DNA from: Methanotrichaceae archaeon
Lineage (GTDB): Archaea; Halobacteriota; Methanosarcinia; Methanotrichales; Methanotrichaceae
NCBI GenBank assembly: GCA_963754945.1
Contig: CAVWIG010000047.1
Span: 1-34,930, forward strand
Length of the DNA: 34,930 nucleotides
Reading direction: 5' to 3'
The position numbers were made by a program, and so were the translations under genes. This document shows positions 26,969 to 34,930 of this stretch, in pieces. The notes beneath the pieces were generated by a model. The model did not search any database. It saw only the letters and a list, made by a program, of their open reading frames with translations, and was not told where the DNA came from. The stretch's first letter is position 1. Each line of letters starts with the position of its first letter.

Positions 26969-27928
26969 ATGGTAAAACTATCGTATTCCTTTGAATATGA
27001 GATAGATCCGATCCCACCGTATAATTTTGACCTCACCGTCAGAAAGCCAGCGGGTTGGTCTCTATTCACGCCCTTTGAAGTCTATGAGAAAGGCACTATT
27101 TGGACAGCAACTCATCACAGCGGCGTTCTCGTCGGCACCAAACTCATGTCAATGGGCACAACAGAGCAGCCGAAGATTAGTGCCCAGCTTTTTCTAAAGA
27201 GCGAACCTAAGCCGGAACAGCTAAACAAAATAAAGCAATCGCTGGCCCACGATCTCAGTGCGGACGGGGATCTGGCCGAGTTCTACCATCTAACCCAAAG
27301 CGACAGCATACTGAAGCTCGTGGTCGAGGATCTTTATGGAATGCACAGCACATCTTCGAGCACGATTTTCCCGGATGCTCTGCTGGCTATACTGCTACAG
27401 ATGACGACATTCAAGAGAAGTGATGAGATGATGAGCTGTCTCATAACCAATTATGGTGATGTCGCTGAATTCGACGGCCAGAAGGTGCGGGTATGGCCTT
27501 TGCCCAAAGCAATAGCCAAACACGACGCTCCAGAGCTTGCGAAGGCATGCAACCTCGGGTACAGGGCGAAGTTCGTGGCAAATCTTGCCAGAAAGCTTGA
27601 AAGCGAGAATTTTCCAACAACCGAAGAGCTGGAAAAGCTCACGCCAGAGGAGGCCAAAAGAAGGCTATTGGATTTGCCGGGAATAGGCGACTATTCGGCG
27701 GACATAATAAATCCCCACGGCGGATTTCCCATCGATGCATGGTCGGTTGATGTCTTTGGAAAGCTGTTCAATGGAGAAGAGCCCAAGGACAGAAGGAAGG
27801 CGATAGACGGGATAAAGAAAGAAGGACTGCGCAGATGGGGCAAGTGGTCGTGGATGGCGTTCTTCTATGTGGTGCAGGATCTTGATAATTTGTCGAGAAA
27901 GTTGAAGGTGGAATTAAGGCGAGAATGA
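26969..27928 (+). CDS. HhH-GPD DNA glycosylase (AlkA/3-methyladenine glycosylase-like)
   Basis: LGYRAK, LLDLPGIGDYSAD (HhH), FPIDAW. Confidence 0.88.
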   Translation: MVKLSYSFEYEIDPIPPYNFDLTVRKPAGWSLFTPFEVYEKGTIWTATHHSGVLVGTKLMSMGTTEQPKISAQLFLKSEPKPEQLNKIKQSLAHDLSADGDLAEFYHLTQSDSILKLVVEDLYGMHSTSSSTIFPDALLAILLQMTTFKRSDEMMSCLITNYGDVAEFDGQKVRVWPLPKAIAKHDAPELAKACNLGYRAKFVANLARKLESENFPTTEELEKLTPEEAKRRLLDLPGIGDYSADIINPHGGFPIDAWSVDVFGKLFNGEEPKDRRKAIDGIKKEGLRRWGKWSWMAFFYVVQDLDNLSRKLKVELRRE

Positions 27929-28014
27929 GTATTATTGAATTTCCACTGGTGCAGGTGGCCTGGCAATAAGTAGAAACTGGCAAATAGACGAAATAGTACA
28001 TATCATGAAAGAAG

Positions 28015-28563
28015 ATGAAGCAAAAAATTAGAATCACTGGGCCACAAGTCCACGAAGTAGGCTACAGATACTTCCTAATGAGCAATGCCCTTGACTTAGG
28101 CCTCAGAGGGTTCAACGCTCGCAATCGAACTGAAAACGGGGAGCAGGAGATAATAGCTCTAATCGAGGGCGATGAAGAGTTAATAGAAGACTTCAGGAAG
28201 CTGGTAGAGACCAAGAAGCCTGAGCACGCCAAGACATCAAGTGTAGCGTTCGAGGATTATGAGGGCGAAGTTATGCGAGCCGGTGAGTATGCACAGGTCT
28301 GCTCTGCAATTCAACTGAATAAGGCCATCCCCCTGTTGCTAGATATGAATGGTAAGATGGGTGGTCTGCTAGATATTAATGGTAAGATGAATGTTGTGCT
28401 AGACAAGATGAATGGCAAAATGGATGGTATGCTCGATAAGCAAGACAAATCCATCGAAGAAATCAGAGGTCTGCGGGTAGACATCATAAAACACAGCGAT
28501 GAGAGATTGATGCGGATCGAGAAGGATATACGAGCGATAAAATCCAAGATCGGGCTCCGGTAG
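28015..28563 (+). CDS. Acylphosphatase-domain protein with a coiled-coil tail
   Basis: ITGPQVHEVGYRYF and GFNARN (conserved Arg/Asn), ALIEG, repetitive helical C-terminus. Confidence 0.8.
   Translation: MKQKIRITGPQVHEVGYRYFLMSNALDLGLRGFNARNRTENGEQEIIALIEGDEELIEDFRKLVETKKPEHAKTSSVAFEDYEGEVMRAGEYAQVCSAIQLNKAIPLLLDMNGKMGGLLDINGKMNVVLDKMNGKMDGMLDKQDKSIEEIRGLRVDIIKHSDERLMRIEKDIRAIKSKIGLR
28337..28440 (+). repeat. In-frame ~30-bp tandem repeat (3 full units plus a partial)
   Basis: TGCTAGA...AATGG(T/C)AA(G/A)ATG units begin at 28337, 28367 and 28397, with a partial at 28430. Confidence 0.8.
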
Positions 28564-28726
28564 ATGGATCTTCTCTTAAAAAAAACGTCTCCCCAACCCA
28601 AAGCAGCCTAATGAATAGATTGAGGGTGGAGCTTATCGAGACAGCATTTAGGAAGGGTTGAGCGGCTTGACCTGCCCAGAACCTGCTGCTGACGTCGAAG
28701 TCTGATCCTCTCTTTTACCAAACCTT

Positions 28727-28734
28727 TTTATATA
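28727..28734 (+). promoter_or_regulatory. TATA box of the ribosomal protein operon
   Basis: TTTATATA ends 29 nt before ATG 28763, with an A-rich BRE-like segment upstream. Confidence 0.55.
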
Positions 28735-28762
28735 TCTACCATCTTCTCAACTCGGACATCTG

Positions 28763-29606
28763 ATGAACGGTTGCGGCGATAGAGCTATCCTAATCCCGTC
28801 CTCTCTAACCATGGAGTCGCGGGACCTGCGTGTTCGCACGCTCAAGGTCGGCCTCATCGCCAGGGCAGCAGCAGTGTTTCGCGTGAACCGAATCGTCATC
28901 TACAAGGACAAAGAGTTCGATGACTCCCGGTTCATAAGCATGGTGTTGCGGTACATGGATACCCCGCAGTACCTGCGTAGATTGCTCATCCCCCGCAGGG
29001 AGGAGCTGAGACACGTCGGAATTCTGCCGCCGCTGCGCACCCCTCATCATCCAATCAACTCAAAGACGTCAGCGCTCAAGATCGGCGAGTACCGAGTCGG
29101 AGCAGTCGTCGAAAGCGTCGGATCTGATGGCGGCGTATGGGTGGAAATCGGTGTCGATCGCCCAATTCCCCTTCGCACTGATAGAGAAGTTCGAAGCTGG
29201 ACAACGCCTAAGTGTCAGAATCTTTTCGCTAGACCCTCTCGCCGCTGAGCCTGTTGGCCGTAAAGAGATCCCCATATACTGGGGTTATGAGACAGAGGTA
29301 GTCGGGAGCCTGGAGGATTATCTTGGCTCGACGGACGCTTTTGTGCTTCTTACCTCAAGGAAGGGAACGCCTATAACGGCTGACCTCCTGCACAAGATAG
29401 GAAGAAAAGGAAGAGCAGGCCCTAGCGACCTTGCGGTGGTATTCGGCTCCCCTGCACGAGGCGTTGATGCATTCTTGAGTAAAGAGCTCATGGATAGATA
29501 CTGCATGATGAACACTATTCCGCAACAGGGAACTGAGACAGTCCGAGTAGAGGAGGCGGTCTATGCCACCCTCGCGCTGCTTAACCTAGTTGCAATGGAG
29601 GAGTAA
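28763..29606 (+). pseudogene. SPOUT-class RNA methyltransferase (COG2106/DUF171-like), frameshifted near 29185 (real or sequencing error)
   Basis: ORF1 has IARAAAVFRV, YMDTPQYLRR and GILPPLRTPHH. ORF2 (+1 frame) has YWGY, TSRKG, VFGSPARGV and NTIPQQGTETVRVEEA. Usual position upstream of rpl3. Confidence 0.8.
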
Positions 29607-30617
29607 ATGGGACATCTTCACCGACCAAGACGAGGTTCGCTGGCCTATAGCCCGAGAATACGAGCCAAGAGCGAGGTTCCAAGGATCAGGAGCTGGGCGG
29701 CTGACGGAGAGAAGGCTGGCATTACTGGCTTTGCAGGGTATAAAGCAGGCATGACCCACGTTATAATGATTGACGACAGGCCCAGAAGCCTCACCGAGGG
29801 CATGGAGATCTCCGTGCCAGTGACGGTTGTAGAGGTGCCGCCAATGAACGTTGTGGCTGTGCGCGCCTACGAGATGTACAACGGAGGGCTGCGCCCCGCT
29901 GGCGAGATCTGGGCCGATAACCTGGATTCCGAACTGTCCAGGGCCCTCACTCTGCCCAAGAAAACCAGAGGCTCTTCGGCAGAAGACCTCGAGGCCATTA
30001 TCGATCACATAACCGATATTCGAGTTGTAGCTCATACCAACCCCAAGCTCGTAAAAGGAATACCCAAGAAAAAGCCGGAGCTCATGGAGATGCCAATAAC
30101 AAACGGCTCGATGAGCGAGCGGCTGGAGATGGCGCGCGGGCTTTTAGGACAGCAGGTGCCCATATCAAACGTCTTCGAGGTTGGAGACATCCTTGACGTA
30201 TCTGCGATTACCAAGGGCAAGGGAACTCAGGGACCGATCCGGCGGTGGGGAATAATGCTTGCCAAGAGGAAGCACGCCCGTACCGGAAAAGTCAGACACG
30301 TAGGCAACCTGGGACCCTGGCATCCAGCGCACATCAGCTGGAGAGTTCCTCAACTGGGACAGATGGGATACCACCAGAGAACCGAGTTCAACAAGAGATT
30401 GATGGCCATAGGCAATGACGGATCTGAGGTCACTCCGGATGGAGGATTCCTCGGATATGGCGCAGTGAATAACCAATACATTCTGATTAAGGGAAGCTTG
30501 CCGGGGCCAGTCAAGAGACTGATAAGGATGAAAAAGGCAACAAGACCTGAAAAGAACTTCGTAAAGGCGCCTTCGTTCCTCTATGTGAGCAAGGATTCCA
30601 AGCAGGGATTGAGATGA
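29607..30617 (+). CDS. rpl3p: 50S ribosomal protein L3
   Basis: [38 protein letters not shown]. Confidence 0.98.
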   Translation: MGHLHRPRRGSLAYSPRIRAKSEVPRIRSWAADGEKAGITGFAGYKAGMTHVIMIDDRPRSLTEGMEISVPVTVVEVPPMNVVAVRAYEMYNGGLRPAGEIWADNLDSELSRALTLPKKTRGSSAEDLEAIIDHITDIRVVAHTNPKLVKGIPKKKPELMEMPITNGSMSERLEMARGLLGQQVPISNVFEVGDILDVSAITKGKGTQGPIRRWGIMLAKRKHARTGKVRHVGNLGPWHPAHISWRVPQLGQMGYHQRTEFNKRLMAIGNDGSEVTPDGGFLGYGAVNNQYILIKGSLPGPVKRLIRMKKATRPEKNFVKAPSFLYVSKDSKQGLR

Positions 30618-31387
30618 AGGCTAACGTTATCGATTTATCAGGAAACCAGGCAGGTCAGATTGAGCTACCTGCCGTATTCGATGAGGAGTACAGGCCGGAC
30701 CTGATCAAGAGGGCCGTTCTCTCTGCTCAGGCCAACAGGTTGCAGTCCTACGGACCTCATTTCTATGCCGGCATGAACACATCCGCCAGGTCGTGGGGAC
30801 CGGGTCACGGTGTCTCGAGAGTTCCCAGGATCATCAACGCCAGACGGGCGGCAGGCATACCCATGGCCAGGGGAGGCAGAAGGTCTCATGCACCTCAGCC
30901 AAACGCCGATCAGACTGAAAAGATCAACATCAAGGAGAGGAGAAAGGCCATTCGCTCTGCCATAGCTGCAACGGCTGTATCCGACCTCGTCTCCGCGAGA
31001 GGACATATCTTCTCAGGGGAGCTGCCGGTCGTCGTCAAGAGCGACATAGAATCCCTGAACAAGACCTCAGACGTAAAGAAGTTCCTTGTGGCTGCAGGCC
31101 TATGGGGCGATGTGGAGAGGGCTGAGAACGGCAGAACCATACGCGCTGGCAAGGGGAAGCTGCGTGGAAGGAAGTACAAGAACCGCAAGAGCCTGCTCAT
31201 CGTTGTGGGAAAGGACCAGGGGCTAGGAAAAGCGGCGAGAAACCTGACGGGAGTGGACTTCATCAACGTGGACGGACTGAACGCAGAGATGTTGGCACCA
31301 GGCACCCACGCCGGAAGGCTTACGCTCTGGACTGAGGCCTCGCTACAGCGACTGGCGGAGAGGAACTCCAAGGAGCAGATAAGATGA
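30614..31387 (+). CDS. rpl4p: 50S ribosomal protein L4
   Basis: [48 protein letters not shown]. Confidence 0.98.
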   Translation: MKANVIDLSGNQAGQIELPAVFDEEYRPDLIKRAVLSAQANRLQSYGPHFYAGMNTSARSWGPGHGVSRVPRIINARRAAGIPMARGGRRSHAPQPNADQTEKINIKERRKAIRSAIAATAVSDLVSARGHIFSGELPVVVKSDIESLNKTSDVKKFLVAAGLWGDVERAENGRTIRAGKGKLRGRKYKNRKSLLIVVGKDQGLGKAARNLTGVDFINVDGLNAEMLAPGTHAGRLTLWTEASLQRLAERNSKEQIR

Positions 31388-31635
31388 TGATCATCAAGAG
31401 TCCGTTAATCACCGAGAAGGTCACCGGGATGATCGACTCCAACAACACCATGGAGTTCCTGGTGAACATGAGGGCAATCAAGCCTGATATCAAGAAGGCC
31501 GTGGAGGATCAGTTCGACGTAGAAGTAGTTTCGGTCAGAACCATGATCACTCCCCGGGGAGAGAAAAAGGCTATCGTAAAGCTGGCCGGAGATAACAAGG
31601 CCAATGAGCTTGCCACAAGGCTAGGACTGCTGTAG
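31384..31635 (+). CDS. rpl23p: 50S ribosomal protein L23
   Basis: [24 protein letters not shown]; operon position. Confidence 0.97.
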   Translation: MMIIKSPLITEKVTGMIDSNNTMEFLVNMRAIKPDIKKAVEDQFDVEVVSVRTMITPRGEKKAIVKLAGDNKANELATRLGLL

Positions 31636-31643
31636 GTGGGATT

Positions 31644-32357
31644 ATGGGTCATAGATTAATGTCTCAGAACAGGGGCAAAGGAACACCGACATACAGGGCA
31701 CCGTCCCACAGGTATAGGACTGATCTGAAGCATATTAAAGTAGATCAGGATCAGACCATAAGGGGAGTTGTGCAGGATATAATGCGCGATCCTGCCAGGA
31801 GCGCGCCCGTAGCCCTCGTCACCCTGGACGATGGGGAGGAGAGGTACATCCTGGTGCCCGAGGGCATGTACGTGGGCCAGGAGATCGCTTGCGGCATTTC
31901 CGCGGAGATCCAGCCTGGGAACACGCTACATCTGGCAGAGATTCCTGAAGGTATACCAATCTGCAACGTTGAATCCCAACCGGGACACGGCGGTCAATTC
32001 GCACGCTCTTCAGGCGTCTATGCTATTCTGGTTGCCCACGATACCGGAACTACTGTAGTCCAGCTCCCCAGCGGAGAGATGAAGCGCCTCTCCCCTAAGT
32101 GCCTGGCGACTATCGGCGTCGTTGCCGGGGGCGGCAGGCCGGACAAGCCATTGGTCAAGGCCGGAAATAGCTTTTACAAGTTCCAGTCCAAGGCCAAGAA
32201 GTGGCCAATAGTTCGTGGTGTGGCTATGAATGCCGTTGACCACCCCTTCGGTGGTGGCGGTCGCCAGCACCCGGGAAGGCCTAAGACTGTGAGCAGGAAC
32301 ACCCCACCGGGACGTAAAGTCGGATCGATAGCCGCTCGCAGGACGGGCAAACGCTAA
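31644..32357 (+). CDS. rpl2p: 50S ribosomal protein L2
   Basis: DPARSAPVA, VRGVAMNAVDHPFGGG, GRKVGSIAARRTG. Confidence 0.98.
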   Translation: MGHRLMSQNRGKGTPTYRAPSHRYRTDLKHIKVDQDQTIRGVVQDIMRDPARSAPVALVTLDDGEERYILVPEGMYVGQEIACGISAEIQPGNTLHLAEIPEGIPICNVESQPGHGGQFARSSGVYAILVAHDTGTTVVQLPSGEMKRLSPKCLATIGVVAGGGRPDKPLVKAGNSFYKFQSKAKKWPIVRGVAMNAVDHPFGGGGRQHPGRPKTVSRNTPPGRKVGSIAARRTGKR

Positions 32358-32369
32358 AGGGGGATATCT

Positions 32370-32780
32370 TTGGCAAAGAAAGCAGGATCAAAACTTCCGA
32401 AGAGGAAGGAAGAGTTCACATATCGCGGTCATAAGGCAGCAGACCTGGCAAAACTTAGCACGGAAGAAGTTGCCGAGATGTTCCCAGCTAGGCTGCGGAG
32501 AACCATCAAGAGGGGCATCTCCAAGGAGCACAAAAAACTCCTAGCGAACCTTAAGACATCCGATAGCGTGAGGACCCATTTGCGGGATATGATCGTCTTC
32601 CCGGAGATGGTGGGAAAGAGCATAGAGATATACAACGGCAAGAGCTTCGAGAAGGTCGACGTCATTCCCGAGATGGTAGGACACTATTTCGGGGAGTTCG
32701 CGCTTACCAGGCACAGAGTAACGCATGGAAGCGCTGGAGTGGGTGCGACCAGGTCCAGCAAGTTCGTGCCGCTCAGGTGA
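32370..32780 (+). CDS. rps19p: 30S ribosomal protein S19
   Basis: [36 protein letters not shown] start. Confidence 0.97.
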   Translation: MAKKAGSKLPKRKEEFTYRGHKAADLAKLSTEEVAEMFPARLRRTIKRGISKEHKKLLANLKTSDSVRTHLRDMIVFPEMVGKSIEIYNGKSFEKVDVIPEMVGHYFGEFALTRHRVTHGSAGVGATRSSKFVPLR

Positions 32781-32790
32781 GGTGTGAGAT

Positions 32791-33249
32791 TTGGGAAGAC
32801 TAAATTATTCGCTTGTGCCTGCAGGTCGCTCGTCCAGGGCTATGGGAATGGAGCTTCGCATCTCGCCTAAGCACGCTCGAGAGATCTGTAATTCCCTAAG
32901 GGGCATGAAGGTCATAGCGGCCAAGGCGTTTCTGGAAGACGTCGTAGCCCTGAAGAGGGCTGTCCCGTTCAAGCGTTATGCCAGAAACGTGGCCCATAGG
33001 CATGGCTTAGTAGGCGCTGATGCCGGCAGGTATCCCCAGAAGGCGGCGAAGGCCGTCCTGGAAGTGCTGACCAATGCCATGAGCAATGCAGAGTACAAAG
33101 GCATGGAACCAGACGGGATGAAGATCTATCACGCAGGTACCCTAAAAGGCAGGACCGTACGAGGATGGATGCCAAGAGCCATGGGCAGGGCAACCCCCAA
33201 GAACCATGAGACCGTATCGGTCGAGATGATCCTGACCGAGGTGAGCTGA
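32791..33249 (+). CDS. rpl22p: 50S ribosomal protein L22
   Basis: ISPKHAREIC, AVPFKR, GRYPQKAA, NAEYKG, PRAMGRAT. Confidence 0.97.
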   Translation: MGRLNYSLVPAGRSSRAMGMELRISPKHAREICNSLRGMKVIAAKAFLEDVVALKRAVPFKRYARNVAHRHGLVGADAGRYPQKAAKAVLEVLTNAMSNAEYKGMEPDGMKIYHAGTLKGRTVRGWMPRAMGRATPKNHETVSVEMILTEVS

Positions 33250-34023
33250 ATGGCCGTTGAGAAGAAGTTCGTGCAGGATGGCTTCACAAAGGCTTTGGTA
33301 AACGAGTACTTGGCCAAGGAGTTGAACCGTGCAGGGTATGGTGGGATGCAGATGAACAGGACACCCATGGGCACCCAGATCACGGTCTATGCTGAGAAGC
33401 CCGGCATGGTGATCGGAAAAGGTGGAAAGCTGATCAGAAAGATCACTCGCGACCTTGACCATAGGTTCCGATTGGACAATCCACAAGTCGATGTCCAGGA
33501 CGTTGGAAGGGGAGACCTCAACAGCCAGGTTGTGGCCAATAGGTTGGCATCCTCTCTCGAGAGGGGCTGGTACTTCCGCAAGGCGGGCCAGTCAATGCTC
33601 CGTCGGGTGATGGATTCTGGAGCGCGAGGCTGTGAGATAGTTATTAGCGGAAAGCTGACTGGTCCGAGGTCTAGGACTGAGAAGTTCATAGCTGGCTACA
33701 TAAAGCACTCCGGCAAGCCCGCCATCGAAATAGTCGACAAAGGGTACTCCGTTGCCATAAAGAAGCTTGGAGTGATCGGTTGCCAGGTAAGGATCATACC
33801 GCCTGACGTAACACCGCCCGACCAGTTCAAGATCATAGAGGTCCAGGTTCCCGAAACACAAATCAAGGCCGAAGCGCCGGTGCAAGAGGCTAAACCATCG
33901 GAGGAGAAGAAGAGCGAGCTCGACAAGCTTCTCGAGGCCGAGCCTGGAGCGCGAGAAGTCGCACCAGAGATCGTAGAAGAGCCAGCCGAGGCCGGAGGCA
34001 TCAGCCACTGCAGAGGAGACTAA
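33250..34023 (+). CDS. rps3p: 30S ribosomal protein S3 (acidic tail probably continues to 34165 after a frameshift)
   Basis: [44 protein letters not shown]. Confidence 0.96.
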   Translation: MAVEKKFVQDGFTKALVNEYLAKELNRAGYGGMQMNRTPMGTQITVYAEKPGMVIGKGGKLIRKITRDLDHRFRLDNPQVDVQDVGRGDLNSQVVANRLASSLERGWYFRKAGQSMLRRVMDSGARGCEIVISGKLTGPRSRTEKFIAGYIKHSGKPAIEIVDKGYSVAIKKLGVIGCQVRIIPPDVTPPDQFKIIEVQVPETQIKAEAPVQEAKPSEEKKSELDKLLEAEPGAREVAPEIVEEPAEAGGISHCRGD

Positions 34024-34170
34024 GAAGTCGGCAGAAAAGCCGTCTGTTCCCGCACTGGAGTCGACAGAGATCGCTCCAATCGAGCTGGTCGAGGAAGCTC
34101 CAAAGGCCGAAGAAAAGCCTCCCGAAGCCACCGAGGAAAAACATTCCGAGGATATTGTGGGGTGATCTAG

Positions 34171-34371
34171 ATGGCCATATTCAAGATGGATGAGCTGCGG
34201 AACATGAGCACAGAAGAGATAGCCGAAGAGCTGAAAAAGCTACAAGGCGAGATAATCCGAGAACGTGGACTTGTCTCAGCGGGCGGCGCTCCTGAGAAGC
34301 CCGGAAGGATAAAGGACATCCGCAGGACCATAGCCAGGATCAAGACTGTTCAGAGGGAGCATACAAGTTGA
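34171..34371 (+). CDS. rpl29p: 50S ribosomal protein L29
   Basis: [28 protein letters not shown]. Confidence 0.97.
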   Translation: MAIFKMDELRNMSTEEIAEELKKLQGEIIRERGLVSAGGAPEKPGRIKDIRRTIARIKTVQREHTS

Positions 34372-34661
34372 TCCATAGACCGGAGAACTTGGCAAGGCAT
34401 GAGCTGATCGGACTTTCCGTCCTAGTGGTCGGGAGCACAGACAGGGGCCTTGTTGGCATCTCCGGTAGGATAGTGGACGAGACCAGGAATACGCTTCTAG
34501 TCGAGACAGAACGCGGGACAAAGCGAATTCCTAAATTAAACACGAGCCTTACCTTCACCCTGCTGGACGGGCAGAGGGCGAGGGTATCGGGCTCTATCCT
34601 GATCTCACGACCCGAGAATAGAATAAACAAAAAAATGCAGAGAACGAGGTGGAAACTATGA
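34368..34661 (+). CDS. rnp1: Ribonuclease P protein component 1 (Rpp29/Pop4)
   Basis: [30 protein letters not shown]; operon position. Confidence 0.95.
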   Translation: MIHRPENLARHELIGLSVLVVGSTDRGLVGISGRIVDETRNTLLVETERGTKRIPKLNTSLTFTLLDGQRARVSGSILISRPENRINKKMQRTRWKL

Positions 34662-34930
34662 GGGATATCGGACTGGATGTAAACGCGCCAGAGAAAACGT
34701 GTGAAGATCCGAAGTGTCCCTTCCACGGCAGCCTACCTGTACGCGGCCAAGTCTTCGATTGCGTAGTGGTCAGCGACAAGATGGCCCACACCGTGGTAGT
34801 ATTGCGCGAATTCGAGAAGAAGATAGCCAAATTCGAGCGCTATGAGAAGAGACAGTCCAAGATTCATGCGCATAACCCACCCTGTCTGGATGCAAAGACA
34901 GGAGATAGAGTCAAGATAGCGGAGTGTAGG
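34658..34930 (+). CDS. rps17p: 30S ribosomal protein S17 (3'-truncated by the window end)
   Basis: My translation from ATG 34658: [31 protein letters not shown]...[18 protein letters not shown]...[10 protein letters not shown]. Confidence 0.96.
   Translation, partial: MRDIGLDVNAPEKTCEDPKCPFHGSLPVRGQVFDCVVVSDKMAHTVVVLREFEKKIAKFERYEKRQSKIHAHNPPCLDAKTGDRVKIAECR

Noticed and set aside
33592-34131. 179-aa minus-strand ORF and other antisense ORFs in the ribosomal operon
   Set aside because: Shadows of strongly conserved plus-strand genes.
1-34930. CRISPR arrays, tRNA/rRNA genes, integrase or att sites
   Set aside because: No regularly spaced repeats, cloverleaf-like sequences or recombinase ORFs were seen by eye; tRNAscan-SE and a CRISPR finder would confirm.

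Overview
Archaeal window, most consistent with a Methanosarcinales/Methanothrix-like methanogen (archaeal L3/L4/S19/L22/S3/L29/Rnp1/S17 operon, PGF-CTERM protein, TATA-like promoters; the taxonomy is inference). Bases 1-11,250 are accessory and largely AT-rich. They hold the end of a vWA-like PGF-CTERM surface protein, a small lipoprotein, and a three-gene candidate signalling/defence cassette: a SLOG + tandem SLATT membrane protein, an FxsC-like TIR protein, and a KGGTGR-variant ParA/MinD ATPase fused to a beta-helix. Converging on these is a tightly coupled four-gene operon of two secreted repeat proteins, a multipass membrane protein and a divergent CetZ/tubulin-like GTPase. The middle carries housekeeping genes (class V aminotransferase, rnhB, lpdA-like, K+ channel, RlmJ-like methyltransferase, DtxR-feoB with twin operators, ABC ATPase, TIR-Zn-ribbon protein, AlkA-like glycosylase, acylphosphatase) and three IS elements (IS630, IS701-like with an 11-bp TSD, IS200). 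The window ends in the S10-like ribosomal operon, which has two apparent +1 frameshifts (SPOUT methyltransferase, rps3 tail). All family calls come from motifs recognised by eye; no database searches were run.
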